From an uncultured Candidatus Cloacimonadota bacterium (GTDB lineage Bacteria; Cloacimonadota; Cloacimonadia; Cloacimonadales; WRIO01): a stretch of DNA of 64,000 nt. Of the stretch, positions 19,112 to 29,253 are shown piece after piece. How positions within the stretch are numbered: the first letter of the stretch is position 1; every line of letters begins with the position of its first letter. The notes under the pieces were generated by a model, which worked only from the letters and a program-made list of their open reading frames with translations, made no database searches and had not been told where the DNA came from. Location of the stretch: positions 1,883-65,882 of the forward strand of contig CAZNKI010000010.1 of the NCBI GenBank assembly GCA_964573665.1, given 5' to 3'. The translations under genes and the position numbers were made by a program.

Positions 19112-22100
19112 ATATCACAACCAATATAGTCTGATTAAAAGAATTATACCGTGAGGGTAAGGGCATCTTTGCAGGTGCGTTTCAATTCCAATATGGTCTG
19201 ATTAAAAGTTTATCGGTCTGCCACCTTCTCGAAAATTCTTAGCAATGTTTCAATTCCAATATGGTCTGATTAAAAGAAACGCACAGGGAGAATTCGCAAT
19301 TGAAGTACCAATGTTTCAATTCCAATATGGTCTGATAAAAAGATAGGAATCCCAAACGCTTGCTTAATGGTTCTTTTAGTTTCAATTCCAATATGGTCTG
19401 ATTAAAAGAACCCATGCCCCAAGATTTTTATCCCACATTACTTTGTTTCAATTCCAATATGGTCTGATTAAAAGCATAGGGCAAGTCAAATCAAATAGTC
19501 TAATAAATGCGTTTCAATTCCAATATGGTCTGATTAAAAGTTCATACTGCAAGACATACATTTGCTACAATGTGCTGTTTCAATTCCAATATGGTCTGAT
19601 TAAAAGCTCCATCCCCGATACATACGAGCCTTATCCAGAAGAGTTTCAATTCCAATATGGTCTGATTAAAAGCACTTACACTCAATTATTTGAAATTTTA
19701 TACTCTAGTTTCAATTCCAATATGGTCTGATTAAAAGAAGCAGGGGAAAAATAAAGAGATGTGAATCTGATGTTTCAATTCCAATATGGTCTGATTAAAA
19801 GCCTGCTTACGAATTGCAGGTTTTGCATTATCTGATTGGTTTCAATTCCAATATGGTCTGATTAAAAGTTTAAAGTAGCAAGATCATTGCTTGTGTTTAT
19901 CGGTGTTTCAATTCCAATATGGTCTGATTAAAAGATAATAGTTTTCACAGTGAAAACGAAGTGAAAACAAAGTTTCAATTCCAATATGGTCTGATTAAAA
20001 GATCTCTGGTCGAATTGTAGGTGTATTATATAACTTTGTTTCAATTCCAATATGGTCTGATTAAAAGCGTAAATGGTTATTTTGTAGGGATAGAGATAAA
20101 ACTGTTTCAATTCCAATATGGTCTGATTAAAAGAAAAAGGTGGTACGGAGAACAAAAAACAAATATGAGTTTCAATTCCAATATGGTCTGATTAAAAGTT
20201 CTGAAGGAACATCATGGAAAGAAGACTCTTGTTGGTTTCAATTCCAATATGGTCTGATTAAAAGGAGAAGAAGATGATGAATCATACCAAGGCTATTGTC
20301 TGTTTCAATTCCAATATGGTCTGATTAAAAGGGGAATCCCGTTGGACTTGATATTGAAGTTATTGACAGTTTCAATTCCAATATGGTCTGATTAAAAGCT
20401 GGAACTTATCAACCTCAATAATCTACACAAACAAGTTTCAATTCCAATATGGTCTGATTAAAAGATCATCTGGCTTTAAAAACGATCTTAAGAAATACGG
20501 GTTTCAATTCCAATATGGTCTGATTAAAAGCCGCGCCGCTTCGCGGCTCGTCGCTTGCCGCGCACGTTTCAATTCCAATATGGTCTGATTAAAAGTTAAG
20601 GGGGTTGACATGCTGATGATTAATGATATAATGTTTCAATTCCAATATGGTCTGATTAAAAGCTAAAAATCAATATAGACAATAGATTACGGTCTAATGT
20701 TTCAATTCCAATATGGTCTGATTAAAAGTGCAGTGAGCGTAAGATAGAAGTCCTTGGAAATATTCAGTTTCAATTCCAATATGGTCTGATTAAAAGTCCG
20801 CGCCGCTTCGCGGCTCGTCGCTTGCCGCGCACGTTTCAATTCCAATATGGTCTGATTAAAAGTTGCTATGCTCGAAAATATGTCTATCCGCGAATCACGT
20901 TTCAATTCCAATATGGTCTGATTAAAAGATGTATGAAATTAATTTGGCAATAAAAAAATTGCAAAAGTTTCAATTCCAATATGGTCTGATTAAAAGAAAA
21001 GTAGTTTATATGCATAAACTTTTTTTAAATTCGTTTCAATTCCAATATGGTCTGATTAAAAGAATCGCATGCTATTGTCATGCCATTTGGCTTATTTAAG
21101 TTTCAATTCCAATATGGTCTGATTAAAAGTCCTATAAAATTGACACAGATCCGGTCTAAACTATGTTTCAATTCCAATATGGTCTGATTAAAAGCTTGCT
21201 CCGATTTGCGTCAATTTGTCGTATTCATATGTTTCAATTCCAATATGGTCTGATTAAAAGCAAATATCATTTCCCCTCCAATTTGTTAAAATATTGTTTC
21301 AATTCCAATATGGTCTGATTAAAAGGCTGGAGCGCTACGATGAGCGCCCCAAAAATACGGTGTTTCAATTCCAATATGGTCTGATTAAAAGAAATAATGA
21401 TTAAAGCACATGGTTTATATGTTACCTGGTTTCAATTCCAATATGGTCTGATTAAAAGGGATTAAAATCAGAATTGATAAAGAAACATTTTATCTGTTTC
21501 AATTCCAATATGGTCTGATTAAAAGCTTTTCAGCATACATCAGAAAGAATTATTTAAAACAGTTTCAATTCCAATATGGTCTGATTAAAAGATTACAAAT
21601 GGGATTTTGACACAATTAAAGAGTTGTAGTTTCAATTCCAATATGGTCTGATTAAAAGTTTTTATTTTAGTAGGCATATTATAAGCCATCATTTAGTTTC
21701 AATTCCAATATGGTCTGATTAAAAGTGCAAATGACATTCAGGTCAATCTTTATGATAAGGTGTTTCAATTCCAATATGGTCTGATTAAAAGCTAGTAGTT
21801 TTATTCTTATTGGTGAGAAAATAGACTAGTTTCAATTCCAATATGGTCTGATTAAAAGGTAAAGTTTGTGGTGGGGAATTTAAATATACATCCAGGTTTC
21901 AATTCCAATATGGTCTGATTAAAAGAATAGATGTAAATATGTCAATGCTACCATAGTCTTAGTTTCAATTCCAATATGGTCTGATTAAAAGAGTAAATTG
22001 CAATCTTTGAATTAAGCAAACTCTTATGTTTCAATTCCAATATGGTCTGATTAAAAGGCTATAATTTTATACAAAAAAAACCCGCTGGAAGGAGGTTTCA

Positions 22101-23244
22101 ATTCCAATATGGTCTGATTAAAAGAGTCGCATAAACAATAAGTACTACCAATTCTGTCGTGTTTCAATTCCAATATGGTCTGATTAAAAGGGTGACCTAC
22201 GGATAGTTTAAATGTGGATGTATCTAGTTTCAATTCCAATATGGTCTGATTAAAAGTAAAGTTTGTGGTGGGGAATTTAAATATACATCCAGGTTTCAAT
22301 TCCAATATGGTCTGATTAAAAGTGTATCGTTTGTAACCAAGAAAAAGGAGTTCTATAAGTTTCAATTCCAATATGGTCTGATTAAAAGGGAGTGATGAAT
22401 AATGAAAATGAACGAGATATATAAGTTTCAATTCCAATATGGTCTGATTAAAAGATTATTTGAACTATACCTGTTGATGTACCACTTTTAAGTTTCAATT
22501 CCAATATGGTCTGATTAAAAGATAAACAAACTATATCAAGGTAATTGCCTTGATGTAAGTTTCAATTCCAATATGGTCTGATTAAAAGATTAGATGCTGT
22601 TGTCAAATCTAAATTAACAGCCGTTTCAATTCCAATATGGTCTGATTAAAAGTGAAGTTCCACCCCCAATAATACCTGTATGGATACAGTTTCAATTCCA
22701 ATATGGTCTGATTAAAAGTGACAAAGAATTTATTAGAAATAGAATGAAAGAAAGTTTCAATTCCAATATGGTCTGATTAAAAGGAATTTGTGAGAGAGAT
22801 TCTCTGGCAGGTGCTTAACAAGTTTCAATTCCAATATGGTCTGATTAAAAGTGTTATCAAGTTTAATCATTCTTTCAACAATTACTGTTTCAATTCCAAT
22901 ATGGTCTGATTAAAAGAGGTTCTGAAATAGAGTTTATAGAGGCTAAAAACAAGTTTCAATTCCAATATGGTCTGATTAAAAGATTTGTGTATCAGTAACA
23001 AATCTACTTGAACTATCCGTTTCAATTCCAATATGGTCTGATTAAAAGTAAGTGCCATAATATTAAATATACAAGCAGATGCGGTTTCAATTCCAATATG
23101 GTCTGATTAAAAGCCTTACACTTTCAGTTAAGCGAAAGTAAAGGGCAATGTTTCAATTCCAATATGGTCTGATTAAAAGTTTAATAGAAGTTATTATAAT
23201 AAATCGGCTGATCTGTTTCAATTCCAATATGGTCTGATTAAAAG
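19112..23244 (-). CRISPR. Type I-B CRISPR array: 62 full repeats plus 1 degenerate terminal repeat, 62 spacers
   Basis: 30-bp repeat GTTTCAATTCCAATATGGTCTGATTAAAAG, first full copy at 19179 and last at 23215. Degenerate copy at 19112-19141. The third full repeat carries T to A at 19337. Spacers are 34-38 bp. The reverse complement ends in ATTGAAAC (I-B 5' handle), so transcription runs on the minus strand from the cas2-proximal leader. Confidence 0.97.
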
Positions 23245-23503
23245 CCTCACACTATATTGGGCAAATTACTGATTGATAATTATAATGTCAATCAAAATTT
23301 CAATGTTTTTTGCGTCGATCATAAATGATGCAAAAACCCCATACTATCGACGATTAGCTATCTGTAGCTAAATACATCGTCATTTGCCAGTTTTATTCTC
23401 ACTCTATGATGATGTGAAGATCACTATAAAAGAATAATCGACGATGTTAATCATTTTGAGTATCATTGAAAATCATTTATTTCTATCTATACTCAACAAA
23501 TAA
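23245..23503 (-). promoter_or_regulatory. CRISPR leader
   Basis: AT-rich 259-bp non-coding stretch between the cas2 stop and the first (newest) repeat. Repeat decay at the opposite end of the array fixes the polarity. Contains three ATCGACG(AT) motifs. Confidence 0.7.
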
Positions 23504-23767
23504 TTATATAATATTATCAAAGGGATTGAAACTCTTACCTACAAATACTTTCTTAAATTTTGCATTGTAAGAAAATTCAAAGAATAAAACAGAATCTATA
23601 TCCGAATCGATGATGTCTCTCACTTCATTTTTAAGCCTTGTAAGTGCAGCCTCATTGATATCTCCTTCAAAGACACTCAGTTGAATCCATGTAAGATATT
23701 TGCGAAATATTTTGAGCACCTTACCAACTCTTTTTTCATTTATATCATACATCGCGATTACATGCAT
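23504..23767 (-). CDS. cas2: CRISPR-associated endoribonuclease Cas2
   Basis: ~87 aa from ATG 23767 (MHVIAMYDINEKRVGKV...). Typical Cas2 N-terminal beta-strand with Asp. Immediately follows cas1. The listed start at 23779 is a TTG. Confidence 0.85.
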   Translation of the reverse strand: MHVIAMYDINEKRVGKVLKIFRKYLTWIQLSVFEGDINEAALTRLKNEVRDIIDSDIDSVLFFEFSYNAKFKKVFVGKSFNPFDNII

Positions 23768-23769
23768 TG

Positions 23770-24762
23770 TTACCACCAAATCCTAAATGCTTTATATTCA
23801 TTATTTTCAATTAAGTATTTAATTAATTTATAACATTCCAGTCTGATTAGATGTCGATAAGATACATTCCTATTCAGTGTTCGATGTTTAATAGTTGTAT
23901 TTAGTTGATCATCAAATTCTTTAATGAGAATTTTCTTTGCTTTATCTTTCATAAAACAAAAGTTTAGTTCTGTGTCAAAATCACTTTCTGTAATCATGTT
24001 TTTATTTAAAACTCTGAATATAATTCTATCAACAAGAATCGGTTTAAAGATTTCAGAAATATCCAATGCTAATGAATATCTTCTATATCCAGGTTTATGT
24101 AAAAAGGATATTGTTGGATTAAGCTGTGTTTGATAAATTTGAGATATGGTTGAAGTATATAATAATGAATTGCCAAAAGAAATTAAAGTGTTAATCATAT
24201 TATCGGGTGGTCTTTTAACTCTTTTATTGAAGTTGATTTCTTGATTGATTATTATGTTAAAAGTTGAATAATAAGTTTGGCGGATTTGACCTTCAATACC
24301 CATGATCTCTTCTACTGAATTACACTCAGGTAGTTTTGATTTTAATTTCTTGATTTCATTTAAAAATTCTTCTAATTCTTTGCCTCTTGATTGATAATAT
24401 AGAAGATTTTTAATAATATTATTAACTGCAGCATCAATGGTTTCTCTTGCAATTACAAGCTGTTTTTTAGAATTTGTGAACGCTTTTACTTGCTCAACTA
24501 AAACAAAACCAGATAGTAAACTCTCTTTGGGATAATAACTTCCAGAATAAAATCCATAATAGTTGAATATATGAAGAACAATTTCATTTTGCGACAAGAA
24601 GTTTAATAGTTTTGTGTTTAAACTGATCTCTCCAAATAAAAATAGAGATCTAATAGTTTCAATGGGGATTACTTTTTTTTCGTTAGCTTCATTGATGATA
24701 AAAATAGTATTATCCTGTCTTTTCATTGATCCACTAGAACATATAAAATAGTCTCTTTTCAT
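23770..24762 (-). CDS. cas1: CRISPR-associated endonuclease Cas1
   Basis: 330 aa. Conserved Cas1 blocks NTLISFGNSLLYT and LHKPGYRRYSLALDISEIFKP. Lies between cas4 and cas2. Confidence 0.93.
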   Translation of the reverse strand: MKRDYFICSSGSMKRQDNTIFIINEANEKKVIPIETIRSLFLFGEISLNTKLLNFLSQNEIVLHIFNYYGFYSGSYYPKESLLSGFVLVEQVKAFTNSKKQLVIARETIDAAVNNIIKNLLYYQSRGKELEEFLNEIKKLKSKLPECNSVEEIMGIEGQIRQTYYSTFNIIINQEINFNKRVKRPPDNMINTLISFGNSLLYTSTISQIYQTQLNPTISFLHKPGYRRYSLALDISEIFKPILVDRIIFRVLNKNMITESDFDTELNFCFMKDKAKKILIKEFDDQLNTTIKHRTLNRNVSYRHLIRLECYKLIKYLIENNEYKAFRIWW

Positions 24763-24768
24763 ATCACC

Positions 24769-25278
24769 TCATTCTATATAACATAGTTCATAGTAGCTAC
24801 ATTGTTCACAAAAGGACTTATTAATCTGCTTAGGAATATTATCATTAATAATAATTGCTTTTATTTTTATAATATGGTTTTCAAGATCGTCAATATCTTT
24901 ATCAGAAAGATATACAGTTTTTTTTTTACGCAATTTTGGATAATCTAATTCTCCTATAAGGTTATCAATGCCAAGATTTCTCAAATAATAAATATAATAC
25001 TTTAATTGCCAAATATGTGCTTTTTCCATTTTAGGTGATTTTTTTATTTCATGTATGATCCCTTCGTTATCAAAGAAATCAATTTTTATTGGACCAATTT
25101 CAATCTCTTTTTTCTCTCTTTGATATGAATCTTCATGAAGAATCTTACCTAGTTCAACAAGCTCTGAGTTGCTTTCCATATTAATTTGATGAGCAAAATA
25201 CCATAATTCACGATGACAAGTGAAATAATAATTTAACATTGTGCCAGTAATAAAGAGGTTTTCATTTAAACTCATCAT
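24769..25278 (-). CDS. cas4: CRISPR-associated exonuclease Cas4 (RecB-like, 4-Cys cluster)
   Basis: 169 aa. N-terminal Cys (FTCHRELWY) plus C-terminal CEQCSYYELC. PD-(D/E)xK core (IDFFD...IHEIKKS). Confidence 0.9.
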   Translation of the reverse strand: MMSLNENLFITGTMLNYYFTCHRELWYFAHQINMESNSELVELGKILHEDSYQREKKEIEIGPIKIDFFDNEGIIHEIKKSPKMEKAHIWQLKYYIYYLRNLGIDNLIGELDYPKLRKKKTVYLSDKDIDDLENHIIKIKAIIINDNIPKQINKSFCEQCSYYELCYIE

Positions 25279-27572
25279 TAGAATATCTCTCCCGCAATAT
25301 CTGTATTAATAACTTCTTTTAGTAATCCTAACTCGGCATTATATTCCAATTTAGCTGTAATTGTTTTAATAACTTTGTCATTAGTCAAATCTACTGTACT
25401 GTGGCTAGAAATCAAATTTTTATTTCTATAATATCCATAGGTGTTTTTATGTATTGAGACAAATAATCCTTCTGCTTCGATATAATGATGATTGTTTATT
25501 AATTCTTCCCACTCTTTAATAAAACAGAAAGGGAGTATTTCAACATTAGTAAATTGCTCATAAAATTGTTCTTCGGTAGTTGAAGAATCTTGGTAGGGTT
25601 TTAATGAGTAAATTGCTTGATTGAAAAAATGAGAAGTATCATCAAATTTCTTTTTTTCTTCTGGTTCCCAATCAGGATATACTAGGTCGATTAATGATTG
25701 TATTGTTGATTCGGAGAGAGTATCAATATCTTTTAACACATCTAGTGTTTTCTTTACTATAGCAGTGGGGTAGATGAAATGATCGTTTTTCCCCGATATA
25801 GTACAGATTTTTACTGTGCATATTCCTTTTTTTCTTTCACGATTAATTCGTCCAAACCGTTGAAGTAGCGCATCAATAGGTGCAGGTTCGGAATATAAAA
25901 CATCGTAGTCTATATTTAAACTTACCTCAATAGCCTGAGTTCCAATGAGTAATCGGGTTTTAGGATCAAGTGCTTTTTCTTCTTTTTTCTGTCTATCTTT
26001 ATATGTGAATCGTGAGTGTAAAAGACATATTTCATCTTGTTGATATTGTTCATTACAAAAATATTGAAAGATTTTTTGCGCATTATTTACCGTATTACAG
26101 ACAACTAAAACTCGTTTCCCTTGCGATAAATCATAATTAATACGATCAATCTGATTTTCAATGTTAGATTCTACTAATTGGATTTTGTGCCTTGTAAAAA
26201 TTTTAAGCAGATCTTGATCAGCCTCAATTATTTGTGATGATTCTAACTGAAGAACCTCAGATATTATTTTTTTTATAAAGCTTGGTAAGGTCGCGGTCAT
26301 AACAAAGATATCTGCTTTTAATGAATTTGTTAAAAATTTCATTACTTCAAGTATTTGCGCAAAAGTAATCGAATCATAGGCATGGATCTCATCAAAGATC
26401 ATTTTACATCCAGCTAATTCTATCAATCCCATCTCAAAATGCTTCACTCCATAGAAATGTTTAAGGAATTGAAAAGGCGTTGTTATCTTTATAGGATTGA
26501 TCATTTTTAAGAATTCTTCTTTATCATTTCTGATCAGCTCATGAACATTATGAGTTTCTGATTGTGAATATTGTGAATAAAGAAATTGATTTAATCGAGA
26601 GTGATGTAAACCAACCTTGTCTTCAAAAATTAGTTTTAATCTTAGGTACATGGCATTGATTGAAGCAGTATAGGGCAATACATAAAATGATCGCCCTTGT
26701 TTGATTGAAAGTTGTGTTTGTAACCAGAGTAAAGCTGCTTCAGTTTTTCCTGAACCAGTAGGAGCTGATAATTGAACAGATCCTTTTGATTTACTGGCTT
26801 TTAATTGATGGTTATAGAAATCCATTCCTTTTTCAAGAAGAGTTGATCGCATTTGATCAAGAGGAGAAAAATCATTATCTATTAGCATTTTTAATGATTT
26901 AACTCCAGCAGAAGCATAATGATCACAAGTTTTTAATCCTCCCCATATTAATAAGTTTTGCATGGAGCCTTCATTTTCCCATTCTTTTCTTAAATATGGG
27001 ATCGCGTATTGTTTAACTGGGTGTATGATGCCATCTAAATTTATCGATTTCAATTCAATTGCTTTTCCATAAACTCTTTGATAAATTTGAGGGAACACAT
27101 GGAAAAACTGTTTAAGATATTCGGATATCATTTTTGTTTTGATATTTGCTTCAAAATTATTATCTTGATCATAGTATCCTAAAGCTTCTTCAAATGTCTT
27201 GTGATGCGATAATATGGTGTACTTTATACATTTAAGCGTGTTTTCTGGACAAGCAATCTTATCAACAAAGGGTAAAGAATAAAACTCATGCCTTTGGTTG
27301 TTCCAATGATTGTTTTGACCTTGTAATAATTTCTGAAACTCTCTATGAACTTTTCCTAAATCATGAAAGCAAATTATAATGAATAATGATTCCCAATAAG
27401 AGAATGGCTGGAAATAGTATTGGATTATGTCATTTAGTTGAGGAATGGATTCTACCATAGAATTCAAGATATTAAAGCATTCGGTGATATGTTCATCCAG
27501 ACTTTTCCCATCTGATTTAGCTAAGACCGATTGATCTATATCAAGAAGCATTTTCCTTAAATCCCCAGACAT
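25278..27572 (-). CDS. cas3: CRISPR-associated helicase/nuclease Cas3 (HD domain plus SF2 helicase)
   Basis: HD region (FHDLGKV, ILSHHK). Helicase motif I APTGSGKTEA, motif II FDEIH, motif VI LQRFGRINR. Start is uncertain: ATG at 27572 or 27551; the listed 27581 is a TTG. Confidence 0.9.
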   Translation of the reverse strand: MSGDLRKMLLDIDQSVLAKSDGKSLDEHITECFNILNSMVESIPQLNDIIQYYFQPFSYWESLFIIICFHDLGKVHREFQKLLQGQNNHWNNQRHEFYSLPFVDKIACPENTLKCIKYTILSHHKTFEEALGYYDQDNNFEANIKTKMISEYLKQFFHVFPQIYQRVYGKAIELKSINLDGIIHPVKQYAIPYLRKEWENEGSMQNLLIWGGLKTCDHYASAGVKSLKMLIDNDFSPLDQMRSTLLEKGMDFYNHQLKASKSKGSVQLSAPTGSGKTEAALLWLQTQLSIKQGRSFYVLPYTASINAMYLRLKLIFEDKVGLHHSRLNQFLYSQYSQSETHNVHELIRNDKEEFLKMINPIKITTPFQFLKHFYGVKHFEMGLIELAGCKMIFDEIHAYDSITFAQILEVMKFLTNSLKADIFVMTATLPSFIKKIISEVLQLESSQIIEADQDLLKIFTRHKIQLVESNIENQIDRINYDLSQGKRVLVVCNTVNNAQKIFQYFCNEQYQQDEICLLHSRFTYKDRQKKEEKALDPKTRLLIGTQAIEVSLNIDYDVLYSEPAPIDALLQRFGRINRERKKGICTVKICTISGKNDHFIYPTAIVKKTLDVLKDIDTLSESTIQSLIDLVYPDWEPEEKKKFDDTSHFFNQAIYSLKPYQDSSTTEEQFYEQFTNVEILPFCFIKEWEELINNHHYIEAEGLFVSIHKNTYGYYRNKNLISSHSTVDLTNDKVIKTITAKLEYNAELGLLKEVINTDIAGEIF

Positions 27573-28231
27573 TCTTGCCAATATATATCAATAGATGATT
27601 TACTGAAGTTACTAATTAATTCTGGATCATTTATTCCTTTGCTTTTTAATTGAACTCCTTTTTTTATATGAGAATCTACGATGTAAAAGGGGATTGTTTG
27701 TTGAGATTTTCGAGGTATTTCATCAGAAAAGCATATGGGTAAAGCTTGAATTGGCGCAGGAATCTGATGTTTTTTAAAGGGGATTATTGTCCCCCTTATA
27801 TTGGAAAGGACATCAATTTCATCGGTTTCCATTTCTGTGATTTTATCAACTCTTGCCAAATCACCGCTTCTACCTAAAAGCAATGGAAATACTGGATTTT
27901 TGAAGTAATCTGAGACTTCTTTTGTATTAGTATATAAATATAGTTGGCAATAAAAGAAGAGTTCTCTTTTTACAATATTGGAATTACCACTATTTGTTTG
28001 GTGCTCTTTTTGATAAATTGTCTCAACATCCCAAGCGGAGGTATCATAGTTAAAATAATAACCTAATTTTAACATTTCATCAGGATGATATAGATCACCC
28101 TTAGCAGCAGAGATTAACCCAAATATTGTTGAGAGAGGAGGAGCTTTTAAAGAAGGCTGGACTCCACTGACAATATTCGGATATCTAAATGAAGCCGTCC
28201 AGCTACTCAGTGATATTTTATATATTCGCAT
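27557..28231 (-). CDS. cas5: Cas5 (type I-B RAMP)
   Basis: 224 aa. N-terminal SLSSWTASFRYPN...PPLSTIFGLISAA pattern typical of Cas5. Positioned between cas7 and cas3. Confidence 0.8.
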   Translation of the reverse strand: MRIYKISLSSWTASFRYPNIVSGVQPSLKAPPLSTIFGLISAAKGDLYHPDEMLKLGYYFNYDTSAWDVETIYQKEHQTNSGNSNIVKRELFFYCQLYLYTNTKEVSDYFKNPVFPLLLGRSGDLARVDKITEMETDEIDVLSNIRGTIIPFKKHQIPAPIQALPICFSDEIPRKSQQTIPFYIVDSHIKKGVQLKSKGINDPELISNFSKSSIDIYWQECLGI

Positions 28232-28234
28232 TTT

Positions 28235-29245
28235 TTAATCCATTATATCAAGTACTGATTGAGTAAATGAGTCAATAATTCTATTAACAGGTCCAAATAC
28301 TATTTTCCCTTCATCATTCATTTTTTTCAGCTCTTCATTGAGTTCGTCCATAAAGCCTTCTCTTTTACCAATATATACATTTTCCTTAAAGAAATCATGA
28401 TACTCAAAGATAATTTCTTCTAAAGCCTTTATTGAGAAAACAGGTTTATCTAATTTTTCTTTAATGATATGTGAAAAGGGGTGATTGGCACTTTTCATTT
28501 TTACTAAGACAATAAGCTTTGGTGTTACATCAGCATAGTTTGTAGTCAATTTTGCTCCTCCACTTATTACTTTAAGCGCTTTTAGCGTATCTTCAATTCT
28601 CTTTTTTCTTATCTCAATAGGGAGTCTAAAGAGTTTAGTTGTTTTTTCTGAATTATATGGATCTTGAATTTCTATTGCTCCATTTTCTTTTGCTTTTTTA
28701 ATAAGAGCTTCGTTGATGTTTTTGTAACCAGTACGATTAGAGTCAGAAAATGTTCCTATTTGATCTGCTGAAAGAGAAAACAAACCTTTTAGTACTGCTG
28801 AATATTCATCTTTTCCATAAGGTACAGGATCTCCATCGCTTCTTCCCATAACTGAAAAATTATGAGCGATTGGATTGTATCCTACTCCAATAAGAGCAGA
28901 ATTTTTTAGAGGAGAATTCCTTGTTAATGTACCACCTTCAGCTGCTTTTGCAGCTCGCATATAACCAAAAATGTCATCATCTGAGTATTCTATAGGATCT
29001 GCTTTAGTATAAGCAATCTTGCTATCTCTTGTTATTGGTGATAATTTCCATTTGAAAGAATTTTCTAGTGTTTCTCTCCACCAATATCTCCAAGCCTGGC
29101 CTGAAATGTAAGGATATTGTTTTCCATTTCTTCTAATTTTCTTGGTAACAGTAGCATTGTCAGATACTGCAGTTTTTTCACTTCCTGCATTATTTAAGGC
29201 AGCAACATCAACATCAATTACAACTAATCCTTGAATATTTAGCAT
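28235..29245 (-). CDS. cas7: Cas7 (type I-B backbone subunit, Cst2/Csh2-like)
   Basis: 336 aa. N-terminal VVIDVDVAALNNAGSE motif typical of Cas7. Position in the operon. Confidence 0.8.
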   Translation of the reverse strand: MLNIQGLVVIDVDVAALNNAGSEKTAVSDNATVTKKIRRNGKQYPYISGQAWRYWWRETLENSFKWKLSPITRDSKIAYTKADPIEYSDDDIFGYMRAAKAAEGGTLTRNSPLKNSALIGVGYNPIAHNFSVMGRSDGDPVPYGKDEYSAVLKGLFSLSADQIGTFSDSNRTGYKNINEALIKKAKENGAIEIQDPYNSEKTTKLFRLPIEIRKKRIEDTLKALKVISGGAKLTTNYADVTPKLIVLVKMKSANHPFSHIIKEKLDKPVFSIKALEEIIFEYHDFFKENVYIGKREGFMDELNEELKKMNDEGKIVFGPVNRIIDSFTQSVLDIMD

Positions 29246-29253
29246 TTCTCCTC

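Noticed and set aside
19443-22437. ORF-track entries 19443..19730, 19928..20155, 20702..20911 and 22051..22437, with periodic FQFQYGLIKS / FNQTILELK peptides
   Set aside because: They are translations of the CRISPR repeat itself, read through repeat-spacer units. They have no RBS and no coding signal beyond the repeat periodicity.
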